Positions 48,301 through 60,709 are shown, counted from the whole stretch's first letter. The stretch: 63,591 bases of DNA, filler included, from Neolecta irregularis DAH-3 (GCA_001929475.1; 16 parts of 16 records of this genome joined end to end with filler, not necessarily neighbours in it), one strand, 5' to 3'. Numbers and translations are program-made. Notes: generated by a model from the sequence alone, not told the origin.

Positions 48301-48615
48301 TCATATCGCGGTCGTCCGCTCCTCAATTATCCGATCCCCGTCTAGTTCTTTCTCACACTCAGTATTTAGACGACTAGAAAACGGGGATCGATTTGTAGTT
48401 AGTAAAGCTTCGCTTTCTCGTCCTGGCGACATATCTTCAAAAGCAAGTGTAGGGAGTTCAGCCAGCTCGGGTTCTGGCGAACCGGAACGGACTCGCTTTG
48501 ACTCTGGCAATTGCAATTCATGACAGGTGGATGTACTCCTTCTTCTCCTTCTTGCAGAGTATGAATCAGCATTATCAGCATCAAGACCAGTTTGTTCTCC
48601 GTCGCATGTTGACAT
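48301..48615 (-). CDS. Hypothetical protein fragment at contig edge
   Basis: 104-aa charged, disordered ORF. No family recognised. Confidence 0.3.
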   Translation of the reverse strand: MSTCDGEQTGLDADNADSYSARRRRRSTSTCHELQLPESKRVRSGSPEPELAELPTLAFEDMSPGRESEALLTTNRSPFSSRLNTECEKELDGDRIIEERTTAI

Positions 48616-48722
48616 TTTATCTNNNNNNNNNNNNNNNNNNNNNNNNNNNNNNNNNNNNNNNNNNNNTTAATTAATTAANNNNNNNNNNNNNNNNNNNNNN
48701 NNNNNNNNNNNNNNNNNNNNNN

Positions 48723-49031
48723 CTAACTCATCAGTACTCTTGGTTGAAGACAAGAGTACTGCTGTCGTCAGCCTATTTACTTATAGTACAATAATGCCAC
48801 TAATTAGTGGCTACAGAATATACTGGAAGGTTCCGGTATCTTCTGGGACCTTCTGCCACTAGACCGCATCTGGTGTTCATACTAACCACCAGCGCAAGCT
48901 CCTTACAACTTCCCAATCAACCACACTATAGTCCAGCACTTGTAATGCTTTTTCTTCATGACTAACATTCCTTTTCCACTCTACCAAACTATAATCCAGC
49001 TCTTGTAATGCTTTTTCTTTATGACTTGCAC
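48723..49031 (-). mobile_element. LTR copy of the same family as 49701-49981
   Basis: 48723-48932 is nearly identical to 49772-49981. Confidence 0.85.
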
Positions 49032-49041
49032 NNNNNNNNNN

Positions 49042-49609
49042 TGCTTGCGAATGCTCGAATAAAGGCATGGACTAGAACTGGTTCAGGATAATCGACCCGG
49101 AGTTTTAATTTCTGAAAGGTGGTTATGAATCCAGTGATCGAATTTCCGACTTTTAGGTTGTCGAATGTTACCTGCTGCTTGAATAAGTAGCCTCGGGGGA
49201 TGAATTCCCCGCGAAACAACTCAATAATTCTTTCCGAAGAACTGGAGGTATCCAGAGCATCTTTGTTTGCCTGCCACCATTCCTTCGCATATCCATTCAA
49301 ACATTCGAATATTAATCTCTTGAATTCTACTGTTTCAAACCAGTGTCCTGTGGAGATTTCTACCACTGCGAACCACCAGTCATTAACGTCCTCTTTACCA
49401 GAGAACTTTGGGAATTGCAGCACATGGGCAGCAGTTTGTACTGCCAAAGCAGTTGTTTTTGCAGCTTCAGTGACTTCCTGTGCCACTGTAGCCGTGAAGC
49501 GATTTTCCAAGGCTGCGGTATTCGCAGCTTGTTGTTCCTGAGTTCTGATGATTGCCTGGTCGATGGCTGAGGCTACAGCTATGCCGATGGATGCAGATAC
49601 CTGCTCCAT
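49042..49609 (-). mobile_element. Retrotransposon gag (capsid) fragment
   Basis: PKFSG..V.DW, LNGYAKEWW, F..EF, F.KL and FIRA, lying just downstream of the LTR and PBS. Confidence 0.85.
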
Positions 49610-49686
49610 GATTTGTGCGAATGTGTCAGGATCAATTTTTATTCTTTAGGATCTTCAGCGAGTTCTGATTTACGAGCATCCACACT

Positions 49687-49981
49687 GTAGGACCTCCAAT
49701 TGTAAGATACTGTGTATCAGTTAGGGCTGACTCATCAGTACTCTTGGTTGAAGACCTGTATTGCTACGTACCTAACTCATCAGTACTCTTGGTTGAAGAC
49801 AAGAGTACTGCTGTCGTCAGCCTATTTACTTATAGTAAAATAATGCCACTAATTAGTGGCTACAGAATATACTGGAAGGTTCCGGTATCTTCCGGGACCT
49901 TCTGCCACTAGACCACATCTGGTGTTCATACTAACCACCAGCGCAAGCTCCTTACAACTTCCCAATCAACCACACTATAGT
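49687..49981 (-). mobile_element. 5' LTR end with primer-binding site TGGAGGTCCTAC
   Basis: On the minus strand: ..TCTTACA, then at, then TGGAGGTCCTAC, then gag. Confidence 0.8.
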
Positions 49982-50130
49982 NNNNNNNNNNNNNNNNNNN
50001 NNNNNNNNNNNNNNNNNNNNNNNNNTTAATTAATTAANNNNNNNNNNNNNNNNNNNNNNNNNNNNNNNNNNNNNNNNNNNNCCCACCCGCCTGCCGCCGT
50101 CGGGGACCCTCCGGCGGGTCGTTCTTTTTA

Positions 50131-50410
50131 ACAATTTATATAGGGGCAATCCCGAATTCACTAAACAGCCAAAAATTGCTAATATAAAATGATTTTTATC
50201 TGGCCATTTCTGTAGTTGATGTAAGTATGTTGCACAGGCAAAGTTCAATCGTCGTGATCACAGTGTCACGTGATCCGGACAAATCTTGCGAGCAGAATTT
50301 AGAGCAAAAGGCAATAAATCCACAGTTATACAACCAACCAACGGATTCAAACGAAACTATCACTATCGGGGTCAGAATTTAAAGGCGAAACTACAGGTCT
50401 GCCAACAAAT
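50131..50410 (+). repeat. Second copy of the non-coding E-box repeat
   Basis: Colinear with 31378-31658. Confidence 0.85.
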
Positions 50411-50724
50411 GTAGGTGGTTCAGATCTCATGGGGGAGATAGGCGGCTTAGAAATCTGTCCAACAGCCAGTCAGCAGGCGGTTGGCCACACTGGTTGAGAC
50501 CTCAGTGTGACAACTGAGGGATATGCTGCACGGTATTAAGTCTTGGTCGGCAACACTCTCGTCAAAGAATAATGGGAAAAAGGCGGCAGGGGCAGTTGTT
50601 CATGCTAAATTATAAATAGCCTAGTTCTATGAAGGCTCTTAGAACAAGGGAGTAAACTGGAATGTCAAAGTCGAGAGAGCAGGCACCTTTTTTGGAACCA
50701 AATGTAAATCAGAATATAGACCCA

Positions 50725-51380
50725 TGCAGACTTGCTAACAAGCAAGTCCAGCGGACAAAAATAAGCAAGTAAGCAAGTCCAGCTTGTTTGGACTTGAACA
50801 GACTTGACTGTTTAAGACTTTTAATGAGACATTGAATATTTTCTAAATATATCTACCAAAAAACTCAAAAATACGCCTGCCTACTATGTAGCTGTAGTTC
50901 TACATCCCTACCTAAACCGATTTTGCATTAATGCTTGGAAAGAAAATCCCGATTGGCTTGTTTATAACAATGCTTCCTTTAAAAAACTCTGGCAGGAGTA
51001 TAAGAATCACCGTTTGGATAACATCACTAAAACCAAAGCTTTGCAGGACATACTAGGGCCTATTGGATCACATAGCAGCACATACTGGATTCAACAATGA
51101 AATAAATGGGTCAATAAGTGATAGAGATGAGTATGAGGAATGGAAAATGCTGGACCCGTTGCACCCAGATCATCCTTTGGCTGAGGATCCAATAACCTAC
51201 TGGATACAGCAACAAACCGCCTATCCAACTCTCAGTCGCCTGGCTCTTGATATATTGACAATACCAGCATCAAGTGCTAATTATGAAAGAGCATTTAGTG
51301 AGGCAGGTGATATGCTTGAGCCTCGTCAATCTAAACTTCAGTCAGATATTATTGCAGCAGCCCAGTGCCAGCGAAGCTAG
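50725..51380 (+). mobile_element. Internally deleted hAT element: terminus plus transposase dimerisation domain
   Basis: AAGCAAGT repeats, then YYVAVVLHP and PITYW..YPTLSRLALDILTIPASSA..ERAFS.AG. Confidence 0.9.
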
Positions 51381-51709
51381 GGTTGGAATGACTTTGTGAA
51401 TTGGTAAATTAATATGTAAATTAATATATCTTTTCTTTTATATTTAGCTTGTACACTGCGATGTTTACAATATAATGAGACACCCAGCTGCATCAACACT
51501 AAAAATCCAGTGTATCCATGTGCCCGCCTGGCCGGCCACCAGCGGGCAGGTGGGGCAGGTGATAATGGGTGAGAGGGCAAGGAGGTAAAGAGCGAGGAGG
51601 TGGAGCAGCNNNNNNNNNNNNNNNNNNNNNNNNNNNNNNNNNNNNNNNNNNNNTTAATTAATTAANNNNNNNNNNNNNNNNNNNNNNNNNNNNNNNNNNN
51701 NNNNNNNNN

Positions 51710-53109
51710 TGCACCGCCGGGCTGCGGCTGCGGGTGCGGCTGTTGCCACCACTGCTCCTGCTACCGCTACTCCTATGACCACTACCACTACCACTACCAC
51801 TACTCCTCCTGCTACCACTACCACTACTCCTGCTCCTACCACTACCACTGCTCCTACTCCTACTCCTACCACTACTCCATCCACTCTCTCTACTCCCACT
51901 GCAATCGCTGCCGCTGCCCGCGCCCGCGGCCTGCAGTGCTTCGTCGACGCCTCCCCCGCGCTGACCACCCTGAGCGTCGCCGGCACCCTCGTCGTCATCG
52001 ACATCGACTTTGCCGCCGACTGCACCGTCCAGCGCGTCCAGGTCGCGTATGCCGACCCCGCGGGCGAACCCTCGCTCGACCCGCGCGCCGCCGCCCTCCT
52101 CAAACACTCGCTCGCCCGCGCACCCTCCATCGGCCCCTTTCTCCGCAACCTCGCCCCGCTCTGCCGCCTCGACGCCGCCTCCCTCCCCGCCTTCGACTGC
52201 TTCGCCGCAATCAAGCTCGTTGCAGACCACCTGTGCCTCCGCTCAGACATCGGCAAGGTGCACTACAACGACGCCCGCTTTGGCCTCCACGTCGAATACG
52301 CCCACAACCACTCGGCTGAAATATCATACGAGCCCTGCAGACCCCCCGCAGACTCCTTCGACGTAGACATCCCCCCGCTCCTGACCCCGTCCCCAAACGA
52401 TGACCGCCCCCTCCTGGTCGCCCTCCTCTCCCAGTCCATATGGATCCCCTTGTCTCTTGCCAGAAAACTGTGCCTCCTCATGGACCTCCCCTCCTCCGAC
52501 CTCATCTTTCCCGGTCCAGACAATTCCTTGGAAACTGTCTTGGTCAGATCACTAGTACTCGCCTCTAACTTCTAGTTTGGTTCCTCTCTGCTCTGCGCAA
52601 CAAGAACTGTAAATACCCCCGCAGGCCCACATACCCTCACTTTTATAAACCACCTAGTCGAAAACACTCCAATGAGAAAGGTAGAACGCTTAATCATTAG
52701 AGATGTAGACCATCTAGCTCAAATGTTTGCCGTACCACACCCTTGTTGTTCAATTTAACCCTAGATTCTCCGCCAAGCAATTACTTTTCAGTTCTTGCTA
52801 TCCTCAATCTTTACACAGTCATCTCTACAACCACCACCCCCTGTCGATCAAACCATCTCTTTGCAAGATTTACTTTCAACTGACTCCACAAACCAACCAA
52901 TTACCGTGTCCCCTTCATTTCCTAAACTGGCTATATACTTTGCTCATTCCGGTTTCATTTTGAATGTCCTTGTTGATGGGAAAATTATAGTCGATACCTG
53001 TTTTACTGAGAACGTCACTGTCGAGGTGCTCCAAAAAATGCTAAATGTTACTATGGATATCCCTTTAATCATCGCTTTTTTGTTAAAAGGAAATAGATTG
53101 ATCGATTAA
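51710..53109 (+). CDS. MED1: Mediator subunit 1 (5' truncated; Thr/Pro trinucleotide repeat at 51748-51900)
   Basis: GLQCF, TLSVAGTLVVIDIDF and F..NL..L..LD..S...DCF.AI match fungal Med1. Confidence 0.75.
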
Positions 53110-53220
53110 AACGTGGATGCATAGATATCCTTTAATCACTTTATTAAGAGGATAGATTGATCGATTATGCATATAGATACCCTTTAATCGCTTTTATCAA
53201 AAGAAAGATTAATCGATTAG
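53057..53220 (+). repeat. Three imperfect tandem copies (about 55-65 bp) spanning the MED1 stop
   Basis: Unit gata.cctttaatc..cttt..aa..g.agatt.atcgatta occurs three times. Confidence 0.85.
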
Positions 53221-54391
53221 AATTGATGTGGATAAGAATGTCGGTGCAATTGCAAATGGCAGTTGCTATATTTATTGAAATTAGAAATATGACGTCATTT
53301 GTTATGAGTGAGTAGAGTCTACTTGACAGTCTTGCTTTGTAGGCAAGCTTTCCAGTTGATTTGATAATTGCACAAGCTTTCCGTTGATTTGAGATCATGA
53401 AATCCCTCAAAGTAACTTATAGAAATTATACTAATCTCCAGTGCTCCACAAACCTCTATCGTCTAAATATTCAACTTACTTGGAGATGGGTGACTGTCGT
53501 TGCACCATAGTCGGATTACATCTAAACTATTGTATTGCTTGAGATTAGAACAGCTTGCACATGTATGTACCCTGTCCCCTCCCAATTTATCTGCAATTTG
53601 TTCAAGTTCCCTTTTGACCTTCTTTAATGCAAGGGAACATTTCCTGTAAGGGATTTTGGGGCGAGTATGATTGGAGGTCAGATTCACATCAAAGAATAGG
53701 TTAGATACAAAAGCTGTCAAGGAAGATTCTGCTGATTGTCATCTACCATAAAGGGCCAATTGCGTTTGAGAAGGCTCTACCCGGTCCTCCTTGCTCATCC
53801 ACTTCCCGGTATTTATGAGGCTAACGATTCCCTTAAGATTGGCGCCTCGGCTAAATTGATTATTGTCGGGAACTCTCTCATAAACCCAATCTGAAATGGC
53901 AGACAAGTCAATATTTGGTTGTTTGTCGCGAGATTCCTTCCTGTCAAATTTCATTAAAAAGGGCTCTATACACCTGAAAATCCAGTAGAGGACTTTGCGC
54001 AAGTTTAGCAAGCCGACTGCTCTCATCATCTAGGTCGATTTTCTCTCCTCCCAAATGTAACTACAACTTGTCAAAGAGAATTTTGAAGTATCGCACCAAA
54101 TATCTTGAAGCTTTTACGATGTTTGTTCTTCGTTTGTAAAGTCCTGCGCTCGACACTAAATTTGAGGTCTTCCTTGAGACACCCAGCACCTCACCATCGA
54201 GGAGACTTTGCTGTGACGTTCTCAGTGGCAAGTCCGATGACTGCCCCGGATAGCCTCTGCTATTGGCGACTTCCTCTGATCGATCCTGCAGTCACCCCCA
54301 AAGCTCGAGTGGTAACTGTGGCACCTTGGGGATTCGCATTGATACGGCGATTTGCGTTAGTACGGGGACGCTCCAAGTCGCCACACTAGTT

Positions 54392-54512
54392 CTTAGAGCA
54401 AACGGGAATCAATTCACATTTGGACAACCAACCAACAGATTCAAACGAAACAACATGGTAGTGTGGTATTCAAAACAAATCACAGGAAAACGGAATTATC
54501 ACAGGCGGGCGC
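54392..54512 (+). repeat. Third, partial copy of the non-coding repeat
   Basis: cttagagcaaa..aatcaattcaca..acaaccaaccaac..attcaaa.gaaacaa and gtattcaaaaca.atcacaggaaa match 31546-31606 and 31712-31760. Confidence 0.8.
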
Positions 54513-54918
54513 GTGGATACGCTGCTTACCAATACAAAAACAAGCCATAGGATAACATTATGGCTAAAAGCAACACTTAGGCTAAAATATAATCTGGTTT
54601 TATTTGTAACTTCAGGCGTTAAGGCTACAGGATTTGAAATCCCGTCCGAATGGGCCATAAAAACAGGGGTGAATTGGCTGGGTAAAATCTCTAGAAAAGG
54701 AAGAGGGTGAAAAGAAACTCTGGGGAAAGCTAGGGGTGGGAATAGAAATGCTCATGGATAAATACCTTTACCTAATTTCAATCTAATTGGCCAACGGAGA
54801 TAAACAACAATGTTTTCCAGTAGCTTGAAAAAAGGGGGAACAAGGGGGAACAAAGTTGTAGTCGAAAGCATAAATAGTCCATCTGTCCTGTCCTAGAGAG
54901 AATATTCACTCACTCGCA

Positions 54919-55329
54919 ATGAATTTGCTCTTCATCTCCACAAGCCTCGCTGTTTTGATATTTCCAGTCACTGGGCTTTCATTTTATTTCCATAGCCACA
55001 AAGTTATATATCCAGTGTACGTCGACCAGGCTTCTCATGCTTTTTGCTATGACCCCAATAATCAAATAACAGCAGATCAGTTCTCCCAGGGCGAATGCGA
55101 TGAATTATTATTCGAACATGACAATTCGGAAGCATACGTCGAAAATAATGATAAGATTTACTTCACCACCGATCAAGCAAAACTTCAACAGGCACCTAGT
55201 TTCACTATTAATTCTGATAATTTATTGGCAGTCAACGATCATGTAATTTTTTATGGATGTGATGATCATTGCATTGCCGTATCAGAAACAGAACATTGTG
55301 TTGAAAAGGGTGCATTAAAATCAAGTTAG
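54919..55329 (+). CDS. Small secreted Cys-containing protein (136 aa)
   Basis: Signal peptide MNLLFISTSLAVLIFPVTG, 5 Cys, intronless, TATA-like cataaata about 50 bp upstream. Confidence 0.7.
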   Translation: MNLLFISTSLAVLIFPVTGLSFYFHSHKVIYPVYVDQASHAFCYDPNNQITADQFSQGECDELLFEHDNSEAYVENNDKIYFTTDQAKLQQAPSFTINSDNLLAVNDHVIFYGCDDHCIAVSETEHCVEKGALKSS

Positions 55330-56043
55330 AAGGACTACTTATTTGACTGGATCAATCCAGAACATTAGCTAATGTTACATTGAAATGCTGTTTTGTACAT
55401 CATCTTTATTTGCATCTGTCGTTCTCCAGTTTTTCCCCAGATTGAAAAACTAAGTTATTACAAATCCTGTCCCGTGCTTGACATAGCGAAGTGATTTCTC
55501 TTGCGCAATCTCGTCTTTGGGGTCTCACGTGTGGAAGTAACTTGACTTATATCATCCAGTCTATATCTCAAAAGCTTTTTGCTGTTTAATAGCAAATATA
55601 TCTCAAATTATACCCCGATTAAGAAGTTTACTAGATACAGACTGACCTTACCATTGGGGTATACGCAACGCTGCTGCAGTAGAAAACCATAAACAGTTCA
55701 TCTGTCGTACGAGAATATTTACTCACAATGAATTTTCTTTATCTCCAGAAGCCTCATCGCTGCTTAGCATGAAAAGAAAACCTGTGCTTGGAGGAAAGTA
55801 GCGAATATAATAGCCGAGAGAAAACGTAGAAGATCACTGTCATGCGCACGTAGAGTCTATAATCTCTATGAATTTTTTAGCCTGCCTCTCCCACCTGTCC
55901 AGCCTGCCCTCTCACCTGTCTGTTTGTCCTGCCTGCCAATATTNNNNNNNNNNNNNNNNNNNNNNNNNNNNNNNNNNNNNNNNNNNNTTAATTAATTAAN
56001 NNNNNNNNNNNNNNNNNNNNNNNNNNNNNNNNNNNNNNNNNNN

Positions 56044-56292
56044 CATGTCATATAATTTTTCCAGCAACAAATCTTCGTGCTTCTTCCTGACTGGATCGTC
56101 TGGTTTAATCATGGCGAGTCGCCGTGCAAAATGCTTTAAATCTCCAACAATTTTATTGTATTTTGTATAGTCTTCGGGTTTTTGAAGATTGTACCGCCGA
56201 ATGACAGCGATGCGATTATGGTTGTCTTGTTTCCAATCGAAGAAATCGACCTTCTTGAGAAGCTTTTGTTCATGGTGTTTTAATTGTCGCAT
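56044..56292 (-). CDS. IMP3: U3 snoRNP protein Imp3 (3' truncated)
   Basis: MRQLKHHEQKLLKKVDF..EDYTKYNK..LLEKLYDM. Confidence 0.96.
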
Positions 56293-56319
56293 GATGTGAT
56301 GGTGTCGCGAAAAACAATA

Positions 56320-56440
56320 AAATTTGAATTTTAAGAAGAGCCATATTTTATAAAAATGTGGTGCGCACCAAACGCGCGCCTAAAATTTGAATTTTTTAAA
56401 AGCCACATTTTATGAAACTTGGTGCGCACCAAACGCACCC
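56320..56440 (+). repeat. Two tandem copies of about 63 bp upstream of IMP3
   Basis: aaatttgaatttt..agcca.atttt..tggtgcgcaccaaacgc occurs twice, and each copy contains the palindrome tggtgcgcacca. Confidence 0.85.
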
Positions 56441-56493
56441 TTACTTTCCAACATCCAACCAGCCTGGGTCCTTGACAAGGTCTAAGTATGAAA

Positions 56494-59027
56494 TTACATG
56501 GCAAAATCATCTACATGAGTTGAAGGTGGTCTTGACGTATTTGCCCGACGACTTGTATGATGAAATTCATTTTTGGAATATATCTTGCCTCCACCTATGT
56601 TTTTACGTGAATCCGCCTCAGAAAGTACAATCCTGTTGCTCAAGGGAACGCTCGGATATGAGTGGTCGGGATACTCTGCGGCATCCATAAACATTCCCGG
56701 GTGAAACATGGCCATTTCTTCCTCACTTGAACTAGAATCTGTCATCATCAGCCCACATGGCAAGAACAACATATATACATTTGAAGGGAATGCTCCTGAT
56801 TACAGCCTCCACATGGGGAATCAAGTGTTCGATTTCGTCGGAATAGATTACACTAAGAAAATTCTTAAATGAACCTGCTGCTTCTTGACAACAACTGGAA
56901 AAAATCGCTTGCCACCCGTCCTGCTCAATCATTTTTTCAGAAAACCTGATGAAACCAGAAAGCCATTGTATTTTGCTTTCGCAAGGTTCCAAGCAGCGGG
57001 TAATATAGACAAAAAAGATAGTTCGCAAGGTATGATCGCCTCCAAAGAATGCCAATCTGTAAACAGCCTCGGCAGTTTCGCTCGCACAACCCAATTCCTC
57101 AACTAGTCGCGATATATCGTGCTGTAGTGCAAAAAGTTGGTCTGACCAAAATGTCTGCAAGCTCTGATGGGTTGAACCTCCCGATGTTGAAGGGTCCGGA
57201 AAAAGATGAAGGAAAACAATGGAGATCAATCTAGGTTGCAATAATGAGTCTCTGGAAATCTTGAACAATTCTTCCATGAGTATTCGACCAACACAAAAGT
57301 TCGACGACGAGCTATTACAGAAATTTATCGATCTAGCGAGCAAATTTAACTGGGCAGGAATAAGACAATCGGTTAACGACATTGTCTCCGCAAGCGAAAC
57401 TTTGAGAATTGTTAGGCTTGCTTGAATCATATAACGAAGTTCAAGTCTATGAAGAACCTGAAAGGGTGGAACTCGTTCGCCAAACTTCCCTAATATGCCG
57501 GAAAGTAGTGAAGCGTTAACACGAGCGAACCGCAAATTAATCTTCTCGACGTTTCCGTAGCTGCAAAGCTTGCAGACGAGTGAAGATGATGCTTCTGATC
57601 CTTGATTTGTTCTTCCTGAGAAGGGAGGTCGACGAACGGCTACAGAAGTGCCACGACCGATTGGATAGCCAGGCATGATTCGCGCTATCAAACTTCCTAG
57701 CTTTTCCAAGATGATACACATGCAGGTAAACAATGATATCGGACGCTTGAGAGTAGTTGCAAGCTTTTCGATCTTTGTTTCGTAGTTATCGGATTGTTTT
57801 ATTGCACAGAGCACTTGATTAAGTTCTAGTGCGGCTTGGACTGATTCAAATTCATGCTCTGGAACATCGGCAAGCGAAAATAGAAAGGCTAGGTTTGATT
57901 CAAAACTGGGTTGAATGGCAGATTTAGAATTTGCTGAAGATTGTAGGATTATCGAGTCAAGTGTTTGACGACTAAAGGGTGCATGACAAATGGGCAAGAG
58001 CAAACCCTCAGTTACAACCACTGACTCAAGTCGTTCGCTGACTGTTTGGAAAGCCTGATTCAAGCTTAACAAACGAAATGTAGATATGGTGTCTGCATTG
58101 GAAAGAATAGCGAGCATTATCGCCTAACCATGAGTTCATGAAGCGAACAAAAAGACCTGGCGCCCGGCCGGATAGATAGCAATCGCATCTAATTGAAGAA
58201 GATATTTTATCACTAATTCGTCGCGCTCGTCACTCATTACTCGTTGATTTTTCAGTGTTTGCGCAATAGAAGTCCACATGGTCCAGACCTCATGCAGGTA
58301 TGCGATTGAAACTCCAAGATTGATGGACCTGTGGGGATCGTCGGGTATTACACTACTCTTGCGGAAGAGCAACAGTCTCTCTGCTAATGGCAATAAGCCT
58401 TGTATATCCATCAATTCTTGAGAAGTTGGAATGCGAGATCCTAATAAAGTCCCGATTAATGCCAACTTTCCATGCTTTTTTGCAAGACTTTCAAGTACAA
58501 GTTCACACCACCCATCATTTGTAAGAAGCACAGCAAAGAATTGTGTGACAGTGTCAAGAAATTCTAGGAATTCATTTCCTGGCTTCTCGTTTGCAAAGCG
58601 TAATACAGTCAGTATGATAGAGACCGATGAAATGACTCTCATGGTTCGAAGAATTCGTAAAGCTGCATGCTTTTCAATCAACGACTTTGTAATGTGGTCT
58701 ACAGCTTGAATGGCTTGCCGAACTTTATCGCCTGGAATCTTCAGTACATCATTATCCGGATCTGAGCGAGATGACTGTGCAACGCCGAGGATGATATCAC
58801 AAGATCGATATAGAGAAATATTGTGAAGGATCTTTTTCGAGCTGAATTTCGAGATATCGCAATTTGTTCTGGCTGATACAATGCTTGAGAGACGTTCTAG
58901 CCCATCCGGCATGGAAAGCAATGAACGTATCACTGCGACATTACGAGTTGCATATGCAAGAATGCTTGTTGCCTGGACATTTTGTGGAAGAAATTTACAA
59001 CCGAACTGGGCAACTTTGAGCAATTCT
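56494..59027 (-). CDS. Virilizer/VIRMA-like protein (5' truncated)
   Basis: Long Leu-rich helical ORFs joined by short introns, ending RRANTSRPPSTHVDDF. This matches the Virilizer motif NTSRPPSMHVDDF. Confidence 0.75.
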
Positions 59028-59127
59028 NNNNNNNNNNNNNNNNNNNNNNNNNNNNNNNNNNNNNNNNNNNNTTAATTAATTAANNNNNNNNNNNNNNNNN
59101 NNNNNNNNNNNNNNNNNNNNNNNNNNN

Positions 59128-59890
59128 CTCCCACCCTTGCTGTCTGTCCCCCCCACCCAACTCTCCCATCCCACCTGTCCCTCCCAACTCACTCATCCTG
59201 CCTGACTTTGCCGCCTTGCCTGCCTCCCACCTAGCCCGTCCCCTCCTGTTCCGCCTATCCACCCCTGACTCCAGCACTACTCTCCCTTCCCGCCTGTCCC
59301 ACCCATCTTGTCCAACTCTCCCATCCAGCCAGAATCTCCTGTCCCACCCGAATCTCCTGTCCCACCCATCCCACCTGATTTGCACATCCCTCAAGACTCC
59401 CCCAACTCACCTGTCCCACAAGACTCGCCCGTCTGACTCTGCCACCACTCCTGCCTCGCCTCAGTCGCCTGACTCTCTCACCTCCCGCCTAGCCTGTCCC
59501 GCACATCCCACGAGCCTTGCCCACCCAACTTGCTCGCCCGCTTAGCCCCTCCTACCTGACTCTCCCGTCCCACACTACTCTCCCTTCCTGCCTGTCCTGC
59601 CCACCTCGCCAGACTATCCCATCACCCCAGAATCTCCCGTCGCACCCGAATCTCCCATCCCGCCTGACTATCCCATCCTGCCTGACTGTCCTGTCCAGCC
59701 AAACTCTCCTGTCCCTCCCAACTCTCCCTGCCCGCCTGTCTCAAGCTCCGACCTGCCCATGCCTCCTCTCCTGTCCTGCCCACCTGCCTTGTGAGCCTTG
59801 CCCACCCATCTTTTAAATAAATATAAAGTATTATATACATACTATTGCAATTTAAACTTGATTTTTAATATATTCCTGCTATGCCCATGA
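59128..59890 (+). repeat. Pyrimidine-rich low-complexity repeat, same family as 3912-4295
   Basis: Internal repeats (cacccgaatctcc, actactctcccttcc) and the shared AT-rich end. Confidence 0.75.
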
Positions 59891-59989
59891 TCCATCTCTG
59901 CATGAATGTTTAAAAAGCCCATGGGCTTCAGCCTGTCCTTAGCCCTGCCCAAGGCCAGGGCCCTCACTACCACTACCACTATTATATAT

Positions 59990-60100
59990 TATCCAAATGG
60001 CCAAATATCCAAATATTTGCCTACTAGGATTTGGTTTATATTTGGTTAATTTTGAGTATATTTGATTTGGCTATTTGGCAAATATTTGAATTTGGTTTAT
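59990..60100. repeat. CCAAAT/ATTTGG inverted short-repeat array (transposon subterminal-like)
   Basis: Three ccaaat copies followed by multiple atttgg/atttga copies. Confidence 0.55.
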
Positions 60101-60709
60101 TGTCGTTTGATTTGTTAGGAACACTGCGCTTTCTTGCCATTTTGGCTTGCAAATACAAAGTCTATAAAGAGGACTGGTCTTCATGTAGATTTCTNNNNNN
60201 NNNNNNNNNNNNNNNNNNNNNNNNNNNNNNNNNNNNNNTTAATTAATTAANNNNNNNNNNNNNNNNNNNNNNNNNNNNNNNNNNNNNNNNNNNNAGTATG
60301 AACTTTCTCAACCGCAGGATTAGGAGTCCTTCGATAGCACTCTGACTTTAACCCTTTATCATTTCTTACATCGACTTTTTTGAAGATGTTTCCAAGTTGG
60401 GAGGCAAGGTTGCTGTGGTTTCCATGCAATTTCTCTTGATGGCTTCAACAGTCCGTGAACTCTACCGCTGCACTTCACTTTTCTGGGCTTGAAAACTTCA
60501 GCATCTTTGAGGAAAATGTCTGTAGGCCAATCATTTTGGTGACAAGCAGATCGATTGCAGAACTTGGACAACAAAACAGTCTTTTTGATTTGTAACGATT
60601 ATCTTTTTAAATGACCCCATTTACCCACAAATAGATATATCTCACAAATCAAAACCAATGAGCAACAGCTGAGAAACAAAAGCTCCAAATCTCCCAAAAG
60701 CAATTAATT

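Noticed and set aside
49676..49698. Minus-strand GGTCCTACAGTGTGG resembling a tRNA-Gln 5' end
   Set aside because: No cloverleaf, anticodon arm or T-loop follows. It is better explained as the retroelement PBS.
59080..59840. ORFs in the C/T-rich tract
   Set aside because: Translations of low-complexity repeat DNA.
2910..60294. Regularly recurring TTAATTAATTAA between N runs, resembling a repeat array
   Set aside because: Artificial six-frame-stop contig linker, not biological and not CRISPR. Gene neighbourhoods across it are invalid.
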